Assembly: GCA_018826905.1 (NCBI GenBank) | Contig: JAHJYC010000004.1 | Span: 207,988-271,987, forward strand | Reading direction: 5' to 3' | Source of the DNA: Patescibacteria group bacterium | GTDB taxonomy: Bacteria > Patescibacteriota > Minisyncoccia > Phycocordibacterales > Phycocordibacteraceae | DNA length: 64,000 bases | Shown here: piece by piece, positions 37,504 to 46,312 of the stretch | How positions within the stretch are numbered: the first letter of the stretch is position 1 | How the letters are laid out: every line of letters starts with the position of its first letter | Position numbers and translations under genes: made by a program | Notes under the pieces: generated by a model | The model's input: the letters and a program-made list of their open reading frames with translations, nothing else | Database searches by the model: none | Told to the model about the DNA's origin: nothing

Positions 37504-39522
37504 TCACGCTTTAAGCCTCCTGAGGAACTCCGCTGCACCTATAACTGGAACTTCAAGTTCTTCTGCCGCCTTAAGCTTTGATCCTGGTTTCTCGCCTGCA
37601 AGCACAAATCCTGTCTTACGCGAGACTGCACTACTTACCGTTCCTCCTTCTTTTCTTATGAGTGCTCCTGCCTCTTCACGAGAGAACTCATCAAAACTTC
37701 CTGTTATCACCACTGAAACGCCTGAAAATACTCCGGCACGAGGGGTAACGGACACTGTTGCTATTGATAAGTGGCGCTGTAACCGCTCCACAAGCGCACG
37801 ATTCCCTTCATCACTAAACCATTCAGATACTGCTTTCATGCCGATCTCTCCGATGCCATGAATATCGCTAAATTCGTGTGGCTTTGCGTTCAGCATTTTG
37901 GATAGCGTTCCAAATTCAGCAGCGAGAAGGAAGGCCGTCTCTGTTCCTACATGCGGTATGGAGAGCCCAGCAAGTAACTTATCAAGCGGGATGCGTGTCC
38001 GTTCCTGTATTGCATCTATAAGTTTACGAGCAGAAATTTCCTTAAACCCTGGGAGGGAGAGAACCTCATCATAGGTAAGCTCAAAGAAATCATCGTACTC
38101 ACTTACAAGATCATGCTCCATAAGAAGCTTCACTGTTTTAGCGCCAAGACCATCAATATTAAGTGCGCTCTTTCCTGCAAAATGAGTAAGCTTTCTAAAT
38201 TGCTGATCAAAAGATCCAGGAACCTTGCACTTCCTTGCGGCAGATCCTGACACCCGTTCTATCTCGCCCTCTCCTCCACAGAGAGATGACCTCTTTGGGA
38301 ATACCCATTTCTTTTCTTTCCCAGTACGAAATTCAGGCAATACCTGAATAATCTCTGGAATAATGTCTCCAGCCTTCTGCAGAATAACGGTGTCTCCTAT
38401 ACGAATATCCTTCTCGGCAATAAAGTCTTCGTTATGAAGCGTAGCTCTAGCAACTGTACTTCCCGCAACTGAAACAGGGTGTAAGTGCGCCACTGGAGTT
38501 AGCACCCCTGTGCGTCCAACTTGCAGAGTTATTTCAGTAACTTTTGTTGTTACTTGTTCTGCAGGAAACTTTAGCGCTATAGCAAAGCGAGGACCCTTCC
38601 CGGTATACCCAAGAGCGTTCCTGTACTCTGCTTCGTTTACTTTAAGCACCACCCCATCAATAAGATAGTCTTCCTTCTCCCGCTTATCTCCGTGCCAAAC
38701 ATCCCAGTATGCAATTGCTTCTTCAATACTATTTGCATGGATACTTTTGGTATTAACCGGAAGTCCAAGTTCCTTAATGTAGGAAAGTGCGCCAGCTTGT
38801 GTTTCTGGCATTCCCTCACTTGCCACATCTACGTCGTATAAAAATGCTGCCAAGGGGCGAGAAGCAGCTGCCTTCACATCTATCTGTCGCAATGATCCTG
38901 CTGCAGCGTTTCGGGGATTTGCAAACAACGGTTTTCCTGTCTTTTCCTGTTCAGAATTTAGTATCGCAAAGCCTGAACGCGTCATGTACACCTCTCCCTC
39001 AACAACAAGATCTACTGAGCGACTCAGGTTCCCTGGAATGTTTTTAATCGTGCGCACGGCATGCGTTACATCCTCCCCTATCACTCCGTCCCCACGCGTT
39101 GCAGCGAGCACTAACACTCCCTTCTCATACGTAAGAACTATATGTAACCCATCAATCTTAAGTTCTACGCTATAGGTAGGACTCGGGTCCTTAATGCCCG
39201 CCCGTACCAGTCCTCTTCTAACTCGCTCATCAAATGCTTTTGCTTCCTCTTTCGTAAATGCATCATCCAAAGACCATTGCGGAACAGCGTGTGTTACTTT
39301 TTTAAGACTTGTAAGGGGCTTCCCCGCAATAGTCTGCGTGGGAGAATCTGGGACAATAAGTTCTGGATGCACACGCTCCAGCTCTGCGAGCTCATGCTTA
39401 AGAGAATCTAGCGCCTCCGGAGAAATGGAGGATGAATCATTTTCATGATATTCCGCCCTGTATGCAGTTATCGCAACGCGAAGCTTCCTTGCCCTATCTT
39501 GAATCTCCTTTGAAACTGACAT
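37504..39522 (-). CDS. ligA: NAD-dependent DNA ligase
   Basis: ELKIDG, TRGDG, NPRNAAAGSLRQ, QVGRTG, ATLHN and a C-terminal BRCT domain. Confidence 0.97.
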   Translation of the reverse strand: MSVSKEIQDRARKLRVAITAYRAEYHENDSSSISPEALDSLKHELAELERVHPELIVPDSPTQTIAGKPLTSLKKVTHAVPQWSLDDAFTKEEAKAFDERVRRGLVRAGIKDPSPTYSVELKIDGLHIVLTYEKGVLVLAATRGDGVIGEDVTHAVRTIKNIPGNLSRSVDLVVEGEVYMTRSGFAILNSEQEKTGKPLFANPRNAAAGSLRQIDVKAAASRPLAAFLYDVDVASEGMPETQAGALSYIKELGLPVNTKSIHANSIEEAIAYWDVWHGDKREKEDYLIDGVVLKVNEAEYRNALGYTGKGPRFAIALKFPAEQVTTKVTEITLQVGRTGVLTPVAHLHPVSVAGSTVARATLHNEDFIAEKDIRIGDTVILQKAGDIIPEIIQVLPEFRTGKEKKWVFPKRSSLCGGEGEIERVSGSAARKCKVPGSFDQQFRKLTHFAGKSALNIDGLGAKTVKLLMEHDLVSEYDDFFELTYDEVLSLPGFKEISARKLIDAIQERTRIPLDKLLAGLSIPHVGTETAFLLAAEFGTLSKMLNAKPHEFSDIHGIGEIGMKAVSEWFSDEGNRALVERLQRHLSIATVSVTPRAGVFSGVSVVITGSFDEFSREEAGALIRKEGGTVSSAVSRKTGFVLAGEKPGSKLKAAEELEVPVIGAAEFLRRLKA

Positions 39523-39549
39523 TCCCCCTATTTTACCGCGTTTAGTGCC

Positions 39550-40020
39550 CTAGTACACAACCTTAAGTCCGCGCTCAATGCGACGCGGGTTGGTTGTGTC
39601 ACACGTGTTATACCCGTTTGCGTATATACAGCTCGTCTTTCCATTACTACAGGTTGCTCCGCCACTTGCTTTATACACCTCAACTACAGCTGAAGTACCT
39701 CCCCCAGAACATGAAACAGAGAATGTGGCCTTTTGTACATTATTTGAAATGCTTGCTGTTACAGGGAACGAAACTCCAGTACATGAGACAGAGGAACTTG
39801 GGGAGCCATACGCAAATGCTCCCTCCTGTTGATCCCAATACAGCGCACACTCAAGCGCAGAATCTGCTGCATAAAATGCTGTTTGTGATTGTTTTGCTGT
39901 TGAAGAAAGAACCACTTGCTTGTATGCAACATCAAGAAGAGCGAGCCCTACAGACAAAAGAACTGACGTGAGAATAACGGCAATGAGTAGTGTGAATCCT
40001 TTTTGCGGTGTCTTCATCAT
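39550..40020 (-). CDS. PilX-like minor pilin
   Basis: GFTLLIA (no Glu5) and AFYAADS..ECA. Confidence 0.8.
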   Translation of the reverse strand: MMKTPQKGFTLLIAVILTSVLLSVGLALLDVAYKQVVLSSTAKQSQTAFYAADSALECALYWDQQEGAFAYGSPSSSVSCTGVSFPVTASISNNVQKATFSVSCSGGGTSAVVEVYKASGGATCSNGKTSCIYANGYNTCDTTNPRRIERGLKVVY

Positions 40021-40541
40021 AGCCAGTTGTGTAGGGTCTCAGTAACAGTAGTAGTGTACGGCACCGTCCGTGTCATCCATGACATCGTTACCGTCACTCG
40101 CACCTCACTCACGCTAACAACAGTGAGTCGTACTCTGCGAGTAAAGGGGGTGACTGTTCCTGCACCTTGCTGATTATAAACATTCGCTGAGTTTATATAT
40201 AAAGGAGTTATCGCTGTGTTTACCGTTCCCTGTTTTGCGTCAACAACACAGTCTGCAGCTATGCAGTTACGTCCCCCAGTTCCGTCCAAGCCATATAGCC
40301 ACGAATGAGTCGCCCCTGGGTTTTGCAAGTTATACAGATAATTCCCGTCGCGAATACTACGCACATACTCAATAGCCTCTTGTGCAAGCGAGGAGGCTAT
40401 AAGCTGATCACGAGCACTTCGTGATGCGTTCAGTGATTGCTGAACAGCATAAAAGGGACCCACCAAAGCTAGAGCAATGATAGTAATCGCTACAAGCGTT
40501 TCAACAAGCGTAAATCCTTTTTGTGGGTTGGGTTTCATCAT
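40017..40541 (-). CDS. PilV-like minor pilin
   Basis: GFTLVETLVA and A..LAQEAIE.VR. Confidence 0.82.
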   Translation of the reverse strand: MMKPNPQKGFTLVETLVAITIIALALVGPFYAVQQSLNASRSARDQLIASSLAQEAIEYVRSIRDGNYLYNLQNPGATHSWLYGLDGTGGRNCIAADCVVDAKQGTVNTAITPLYINSANVYNQQGAGTVTPFTRRVRLTVVSVSEVRVTVTMSWMTRTVPYTTTVTETLHNWL

Positions 40542-41083
40542 ATGTCTATAAATCGCTGTGTGGCCGCTGTCTGAATCGTAAACTCCGTTGTCTTATTCGC
40601 ATCTATCCTCATTGTGCCCTTAATAACGAAAATGACCTGTGGTTGGACCGTGTCCCCTGTACCCACACCCTTCACATAAAAGGTAAGGGACTGAACGGTG
40701 ATAAGAGGATCTGTGAGAGATGTTGCACGTGCCTCGCTACATCCACCCGTACACTGACCGATGGTGCCATCACCGCGTTTGAAGTACGTAACCGTCTGCC
40801 CCTGACTGTCTACGAATGAAATGCTTGTTCCCCCGTTCACGCAGTTTGGTGACACAGAACTTCCGTTACATGCGTATGCAGTTCCTGTACGCATGTTGCG
40901 CGCCATACTCTCAACGGCAAAAGACAAGCTTGTTACGAGTTGGTTGTTTGCTCGTGCCTGCCTATCAAGACTTATAAGGGTGAGGTACGCCCCTGTTACC
41001 ACCACCATCACGAGGCTAAAGATTCCCAAAGAGACAATCATCTCCAGGAGGGTGTATCCGCGTTGTGGTTTTTTTATACTCAT
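40538..41083 (-). CDS. PilW/PulJ-like minor pilin
   Basis: GYTLLEMIVS; ATGA overlap with the upstream gene. Confidence 0.82.
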   Translation of the reverse strand: MSIKKPQRGYTLLEMIVSLGIFSLVMVVVTGAYLTLISLDRQARANNQLVTSLSFAVESMARNMRTGTAYACNGSSVSPNCVNGGTSISFVDSQGQTVTYFKRGDGTIGQCTGGCSEARATSLTDPLITVQSLTFYVKGVGTGDTVQPQVIFVIKGTMRIDANKTTEFTIQTAATQRFIDI

Positions 41084-41760
41084 GGGCATATTCCTACAGA
41101 TACCTGACCAACCTTCGTCACACTTACACATCGCTCAGTTCCTCCATCAGGAGACGCGAGGTATATAGTAGCGTCCTCAAGAGTCATAGGCGCTCCCGAG
41201 CGCTTCCCTGTAATAATGGACTGCGTGTTGGGGCGCAGATATACAATATCTAACGAATCCAAATTCGTTCCAGAACAACGAGTTTCATTTAGTGCTTTAT
41301 CAAATCCACAAAACTTACTTATCTTGAACCCCCTATTGAAGGTTGATGTACGAACTCCTTCAGTCGGCAGTTCATACGTGCAGTTCCCTGGCCGTGCTTC
41401 TGGTCCAAAGGCAACCGTGTGTCCGGGGCATACTCCTCCCTGACTTGATCCAGGGATACCTGGGTTTGTGTCTGCGAAAAGTATATATGAGGTTAGAGAA
41501 CCGCTACTAAAGTGGACTCCGTAGCCGGCATTCTGGAAGCCGCCAAAATACCTACTGGAAAGTCCGAGAGACTGTGCTTCTCGTATTGAGAACGCGAGCG
41601 TGTAGGCAGTATCAGTAAGAATAACTGACTTATTGAAAGAAGACTGTCCGTTTATAGCGATGGCAGTAACAATAACAATAATGGCAAGCACAACGAGCAT
41701 CTCCACGAGAGTGAAGCCTTGCGGAGCTTTTTTTAGAACGTGAGTAGAAGAGGATTCCAT
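41080..41760 (-). CDS. FimT/PulH-like minor pilin
   Basis: GFTLVEMLVV, IREAQ and GYGVHF. Confidence 0.82.
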   Translation of the reverse strand: MESSSTHVLKKAPQGFTLVEMLVVLAIIVIVTAIAINGQSSFNKSVILTDTAYTLAFSIREAQSLGLSSRYFGGFQNAGYGVHFSSGSLTSYILFADTNPGIPGSSQGGVCPGHTVAFGPEARPGNCTYELPTEGVRTSTFNRGFKISKFCGFDKALNETRCSGTNLDSLDIVYLRPNTQSIITGKRSGAPMTLEDATIYLASPDGGTERCVSVTKVGQVSVGICP

Positions 41761-42485
41761 TGCGTAAATAGTGCGAAGACGTATCCAAGTGCTAGAAATG
41801 GTACGAACGGTACTTCAATTCCCATTCTAGTTCCTTTCGGACGTGATACCAATATGCCGATGCCGATAATGGCACCAGCCCAGAAAGAAAACAGAAGGCC
41901 AGCAAGAGCCTGAGGGCCAGCCACTAATGAAAGCGCGAGCGCTACAGGACTGTCTCCAAGCCCCATTGCTCTCCCTCTAGAGAGAGCAAACAAAAGAAAG
42001 AACAGTGTAGCGATAACACCTGAAACGATAAACACTGGCCCAAGCACAGCAGGACTCCATGTAATAAATGCATACAGTACCGAAAGCAGTACCAACACAC
42101 CTGACGCGAGCGGAGGCACAATCATGTGCCGTAAGTCATACAGCACGATAAACAAGAGTACTGAAAGAATTATGAGAAGAATACCTGTCTGAAGAGTGAG
42201 TCCGAACATGCTATAGGCAAGCGCAAAAAGTACTCCCAGCGTTCCCTCTGAGATTGAGTATAGAAAAGGAACTCGTGCCTTACAGGTCCTGCAACGACCG
42301 CGTGATAGCAGCCAAGAAAACAAGGGGACCAAATCAAGAACGGTTAGTTGACGGCTACATGAATTGCACCGAGATCTTCCAGCAAAGAGTGGCTCTCCTG
42401 TATACACTCGCTCAGCAAGCACACCCACAAAGCTCGCAAGCACAGCACCAAGTGCAAAGAAGAAACAAGTGATGAGTACCTCCAT
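41733..42485 (-). CDS. pilD: Prepilin peptidase
   Basis: GRSRCNSC, GRCRTC, YD, MGLGD and VPFVPFL. Confidence 0.93.
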   Translation of the reverse strand: MEVLITCFFFALGAVLASFVGVLAERVYTGEPLFAGRSRCNSCSRQLTVLDLVPLFSWLLSRGRCRTCKARVPFLYSISEGTLGVLFALAYSMFGLTLQTGILLIILSVLLFIVLYDLRHMIVPPLASGVLVLLSVLYAFITWSPAVLGPVFIVSGVIATLFFLLFALSRGRAMGLGDSPVALALSLVAGPQALAGLLFSFWAGAIIGIGILVSRPKGTRMGIEVPFVPFLALGYVFALFTQWNPLLLTF

Positions 42486-42516
42486 TCCTCTCAGTATACC
42501 GCCCCGTCCCACCATG

Positions 42517-42560
42517 AACGCAAAAACCCTGCCTCACATGAGGACAGGGTCTTGTGCGTT
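42517..42560 (-). terminator. Terminator after the pilin genes
   Basis: Imperfect long hairpin AACGCA..ACCCTG.CCTC-ACAT-GAGGACAGGGT..TGCGTT. Confidence 0.6.
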
Positions 42561-42580
42561 ACCCGTTTAACTCCGTAGTG

Positions 42581-43033
42581 CTATGGACACGCAGTGTCAG
42601 TGTTTGCTGGGGCTGCTGAAAGCTCAGCCTTCTGTCCAGTTGAGTCCAAACACCAGTACTTAGTGTTGTCACTAATCAACTGAGAGGCAACCATGTAGGT
42701 GTCAGATGTTGATGTACAAACAATTGTTCCTGCACCGTTTGCAGTGTCAATTGCAGCGATTGCGTTTCCAATTGTTGTGTTTGCAAACAACGTATCTGCT
42801 GCTGAACAGCTCGCGCCTGCTCCTGTATTTGCCACTCCGTAGCTGTTGCTGTTCTCGCTGTAATAGAGTGCTGCCTGAGACGCAACAGAGTCAGTGTTTG
42901 CCTTAATGGCAGCATCATTTCCCTTTGAGCGTGCCGTGTTGAGTGAGGCAAGCACAACGGAAGAGAGGATACCAATAATGGCGATAACAACGAGGAGCTC
43001 GATCAAGGTGAAACCGCGCTTCATGCTAGTCAT
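42581..43033 (-). CDS. Type IV major pilin-like protein 2
   Basis: GFTLIELLVVIAIIGILSSVVLASLN and C-terminal WCLDSTG...CP. Confidence 0.9.
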   Translation of the reverse strand: MTSMKRGFTLIELLVVIAIIGILSSVVLASLNTARSKGNDAAIKANTDSVASQAALYYSENSNSYGVANTGAGASCSAADTLFANTTIGNAIAAIDTANGAGTIVCTSTSDTYMVASQLISDNTKYWCLDSTGQKAELSAAPANTDTACP

Positions 43034-43491
43034 AAGAGTAATCTGAGTTAGCTAATAAGCTACGGACACGTTGTTCCTGTAGTGAAGTCAGTAGTTCCCT
43101 TTTTACGCGCTCCTGTTGAGTCAACACAGAAGTAGGTTCCTGAGGTTGAAGGAAGTGCAGATGAGATCACGTATGCTGTTCCGCTTGAGAAACATTTTAC
43201 GTTTGCAGAACCGTTTGAAGTCTCAGCATGTGCAATTGCCTGGCGAATTGATGTATCTGCATAGAACATGCTCGTTCCTGAAGTAGGACAAGTTCCAATT
43301 GACACCGCACCTCCGTATGCATTGCTGTTGCTGTCGTAGTACAACTCTGCCTGAGTTGCAGCACTTGAGAGATCTGACTGAATGGCAGCATCATTTCCCT
43401 TTGAGCGTGCCGTGTTGAGTGAGGCAAGCACAACGGAAGAGAGGATACCAATAATGGCGATAACAACGAGGAGCTCGATCAAGGTGAAACC
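42905..43491. repeat. Identical 111-bp direct repeat (42905..43015 and 43381..43491) in the pilin N-terminal helices
   Basis: Read base by base as identical, including all third codon positions. Confidence 0.9.
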
Positions 43492-43545
43492 TTTGGTCAC
43501 GTGTCCTGAACGAATATGTCCAAGTCGTGTAGATGCGATATTCAT
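43060..43545 (-). CDS. Type IV major pilin-like protein 1
   Basis: GFTLIELLVVIAIIG and FCVDSTG...CP. Confidence 0.9.
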   Translation of the reverse strand: MNIASTRLGHIRSGHVTKGFTLIELLVVIAIIGILSSVVLASLNTARSKGNDAAIQSDLSSAATQAELYYDSNSNAYGGAVSIGTCPTSGTSMFYADTSIRQAIAHAETSNGSANVKCFSSGTAYVISSALPSTSGTYFCVDSTGARKKGTTDFTTGTTCP

Positions 43546-43639
43546 AAGAATGATGATAGATAGGGCGGATTACGGGTAAGTGCCGCTCTCTGTATTGTAC
43601 GGGATACCTACCATATTAGGTATCTTCGTGTGGATAAGA

Positions 43640-44848
43640 CTACGAGATTGAACCGGCAAGGTTATAGATAGGGATAAGCACGGAGGCGAGAAGTGTTCCC
43701 ACACCAAGTCCTAAGATAACAATCATGAGTGGTTCAATAAGATCAACCAGTGTATCAACAGCAGTTGATACCTCACGTCTATAGAACTTAGCGAGAGTGG
43801 TAAGGATATTGCCTAATTCTCCTGTCTCTTCTCCCACACGCACCATAGCTGTCATAATTCCAGGAATCTCAGCGTGGCGCCCAAGCGCATCTGATATAGA
43901 AGAGCCTCCCTTCACGTCCTCACTCACCTGCTTCAAGATGAGTTCGTAGGTGCTACTCCCCACCACAGACGCAGTAATCTCCACCGCTTCAACAACAGGT
44001 ACTCCAGACACAAGCATTGTGGCGAAGTTATCTGCGATTCGTGAGAGATACAATTTCTGATACAAATCCCCAATATAAGGGAAATCCAGCTTTAACTTAT
44101 CAAAGAAAAGTCGTCCGTTCGGCGTCTGCAAGGAGCGATATGCAAAGAACGCAGCCACCGCAAGAGCAATAAGGATAAGGAATCCATACTGCACAAGTGC
44201 ATCTGATATAGAAATAACAATCTGCGTGTAAAACGGTATCTCCTGTCCTGAATCCTTCAGAATGGCACTAATACGAGGAATCACGAGCGTGAGCATGAGT
44301 CCCATCACCACAAAGAACACACCGATAACAAAGGCTGGGTAAATGAGTGCGTTCTGCGCCTTGCTCATCACCTCATAGGTACGGTCCAGGTAGTCAGCCA
44401 AGTACCCGAATGTCTCAGAGAGCTTTCCAGACTCTTCTCCTGAACGAACCATGTTTACATAAAATCCTGTGAAGACCTTTGGGTGCCGCGCCATCGCCTT
44501 TGAGATAGGACTTCCTCCCTGCAGGTCGTCTGCTACTTGCGTCATGATCTCGCTCAGATACTTGTTATCAACCTCAGCCGCAAGCAAACGGAAAATACGG
44601 AGCGCTGATACCTGTGCTTCAAACAGTGTTGCAATCTGCCGAGACAGAATCACAATCTCCTTGTTAGAAACGCGCTTAAAAAGCCCCAACTCAACATTAA
44701 GAATTGATTTCTTAACTGCTGGCTCTATGGAAGAAACAATAAGTCCTCTTCTTTGGAGAGTTGAGACCGCAACATCAACAGAGAGTGCCTCAACAGTACC
44801 CTGTCGTTCGTGTCCATCTTTGTCTAAGGAGTGATAGGAAAAAAGCAT
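43640..44848 (-). CDS. pilC: Type IV pilus platform protein
   Basis: GEESGKL, ALIYP, GEETGEL and IEP (two T2SSF domains). Confidence 0.93.
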   Translation of the reverse strand: MLFSYHSLDKDGHERQGTVEALSVDVAVSTLQRRGLIVSSIEPAVKKSILNVELGLFKRVSNKEIVILSRQIATLFEAQVSALRIFRLLAAEVDNKYLSEIMTQVADDLQGGSPISKAMARHPKVFTGFYVNMVRSGEESGKLSETFGYLADYLDRTYEVMSKAQNALIYPAFVIGVFFVVMGLMLTLVIPRISAILKDSGQEIPFYTQIVISISDALVQYGFLILIALAVAAFFAYRSLQTPNGRLFFDKLKLDFPYIGDLYQKLYLSRIADNFATMLVSGVPVVEAVEITASVVGSSTYELILKQVSEDVKGGSSISDALGRHAEIPGIMTAMVRVGEETGELGNILTTLAKFYRREVSTAVDTLVDLIEPLMIVILGLGVGTLLASVLIPIYNLAGSIS

Positions 44849-44851
44849 AAG

Positions 44852-45919
44852 CTAGAGATAGCGCTCAAAGGTCTTGGGGTCGTTTGCGCGCTCATACGCG
44901 TTCTCAATCGTTACTTCCCCTCGGCGAACAAGTTCTGCCAGTGAACGATCCATATCAATCATACCCTCTTGGGAAGAAGTCTGAATAACTGTTGTTATTT
45001 CATGGGTTCGTCCTTCACGAATGAGGTTTGAGATAGCGCTGTTGTTAATCAACAACTCGTACGCAGGGAGCTGTCCTCCAGAGATTCGCGGAATAAGTCG
45101 CTGAGAGAAAATACCTGCAAGAGACCCAGCGAGCTGTACGCGCACCTGGTCCTGCTGGTTTGGAGGGAACATGTCAATAATACGGTCAATAGTTTGTGCA
45201 GCATTGTTCGTGTGGAGTGTTGAAAGTACCAAGTGTCCTGTTTCTGCAGCAGTCACCGCTGAAGAAATAGTCTCTTGGTTACGCATTTCTCCCACCATGA
45301 TTACATTCACATCTTCACGGAATGCTGAGTTCAGTGCTGAGTGGAAGTCAGGAGCATCAATATGTACCTCACGCTGGTGAATAAGAGACTTCTTTTGCTC
45401 AAAGATATATTCAATAGGGTCCTCAATCGTTAGTATGTGCTCCGCTCTCGTCTCGTTAATACGATCAATGATCGTCGCGAGCGTGGTTGATTTCCCTTGC
45501 CCCACCGGTCCCACCACAAGAAAGAATCCCTGTGATCGCTGACTAAACACCTCAAGAATAGGAGGGAGTCCAAGATCCTGGAATGTACGAATCTCATGCG
45601 GGATAAGACGCATAGCAATAGTAACGGCACCCTGTACGGTATATCCGTTTACACGAAAGCGAGTCTTTGGTCCATGTGCGTATGAAAAGTCTGTCGCCTG
45701 ATCTTGTTCAAATTTCTGCCAGCGGTCTGGCGGAAGAAGGCTCTGTAGCATTGCCTTTGTCTCTTCTGGAGTAAGTGGAGGCTGCTGAAGCAAAGGAACA
45801 AGCGACCCAGAGATACGCAAAATAGGATTGTTACCTGCAGAGAGATGCAAGTCTGATGCGTCTTCGGCAACAACCGTATCAAGGAGCGTGCCCAATCGTG
45901 ATGAGAGGGCGTCGCTCAT
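44852..45919 (-). CDS. pilT: Type IV pilus retraction ATPase
   Basis: ASDLHL, GPVGQGKSTT, TIEDPIE, GEMR, AETGHLV.STLH and ISNLIRE (AIRNLIRE-like). Confidence 0.93.
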   Translation of the reverse strand: MSDALSSRLGTLLDTVVAEDASDLHLSAGNNPILRISGSLVPLLQQPPLTPEETKAMLQSLLPPDRWQKFEQDQATDFSYAHGPKTRFRVNGYTVQGAVTIAMRLIPHEIRTFQDLGLPPILEVFSQRSQGFFLVVGPVGQGKSTTLATIIDRINETRAEHILTIEDPIEYIFEQKKSLIHQREVHIDAPDFHSALNSAFREDVNVIMVGEMRNQETISSAVTAAETGHLVLSTLHTNNAAQTIDRIIDMFPPNQQDQVRVQLAGSLAGIFSQRLIPRISGGQLPAYELLINNSAISNLIREGRTHEITTVIQTSSQEGMIDMDRSLAELVRRGEVTIENAYERANDPKTFERYL

Positions 45920-46302
45920 GCTGTCTTTTCAATTATGGCAATAGTCTCTGAAAATACTTCAGAAGGAATGGCAGATGCCTTGATGATGTACCCAGAGGCA
46001 CCGAGTTCCTTGGCGCGAGTAATATCTGATTCCTGACCCTGATTTGAGAGCACAATAAGTTTTGATGTCTTTGCGAGCTGTTCGCGCTTCACTGTCTCAA
46101 GTATCTGAAACCCATCAAGTCCTGGCATTACGATATCAAGCAGTACAGCATCAGGAGCGGGGTTCTCACGGAGTGCCGCAAGTACGTCTTCTCCACCAGC
46201 GAATGCCGTTACCTCATGCCCAGCAGTTCTGAATTTCACCGCATACATATCCAAAAGAAACCGATCATCGTCTACGAGGTAAATGCGATAAGAGGTAGCC
46301 AT
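45916..46302 (-). CDS. Single-domain response regulator (CheY-like)
   Basis: LVDDD, LLDIVMPGLDG, LSN and YIIK. Confidence 0.9.
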   Translation of the reverse strand: MATSYRIYLVDDDRFLLDMYAVKFRTAGHEVTAFAGGEDVLAALRENPAPDAVLLDIVMPGLDGFQILETVKREQLAKTSKLIVLSNQGQESDITRAKELGASGYIIKASAIPSEVFSETIAIIEKTA

Positions 46303-46312
46303 ACAGTAGAAA

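Noticed and set aside
43629-43637. Replication origin at the TTATCCACA box
   Set aside because: A single box in a short intergenic region, with no box cluster or dnaA nearby.
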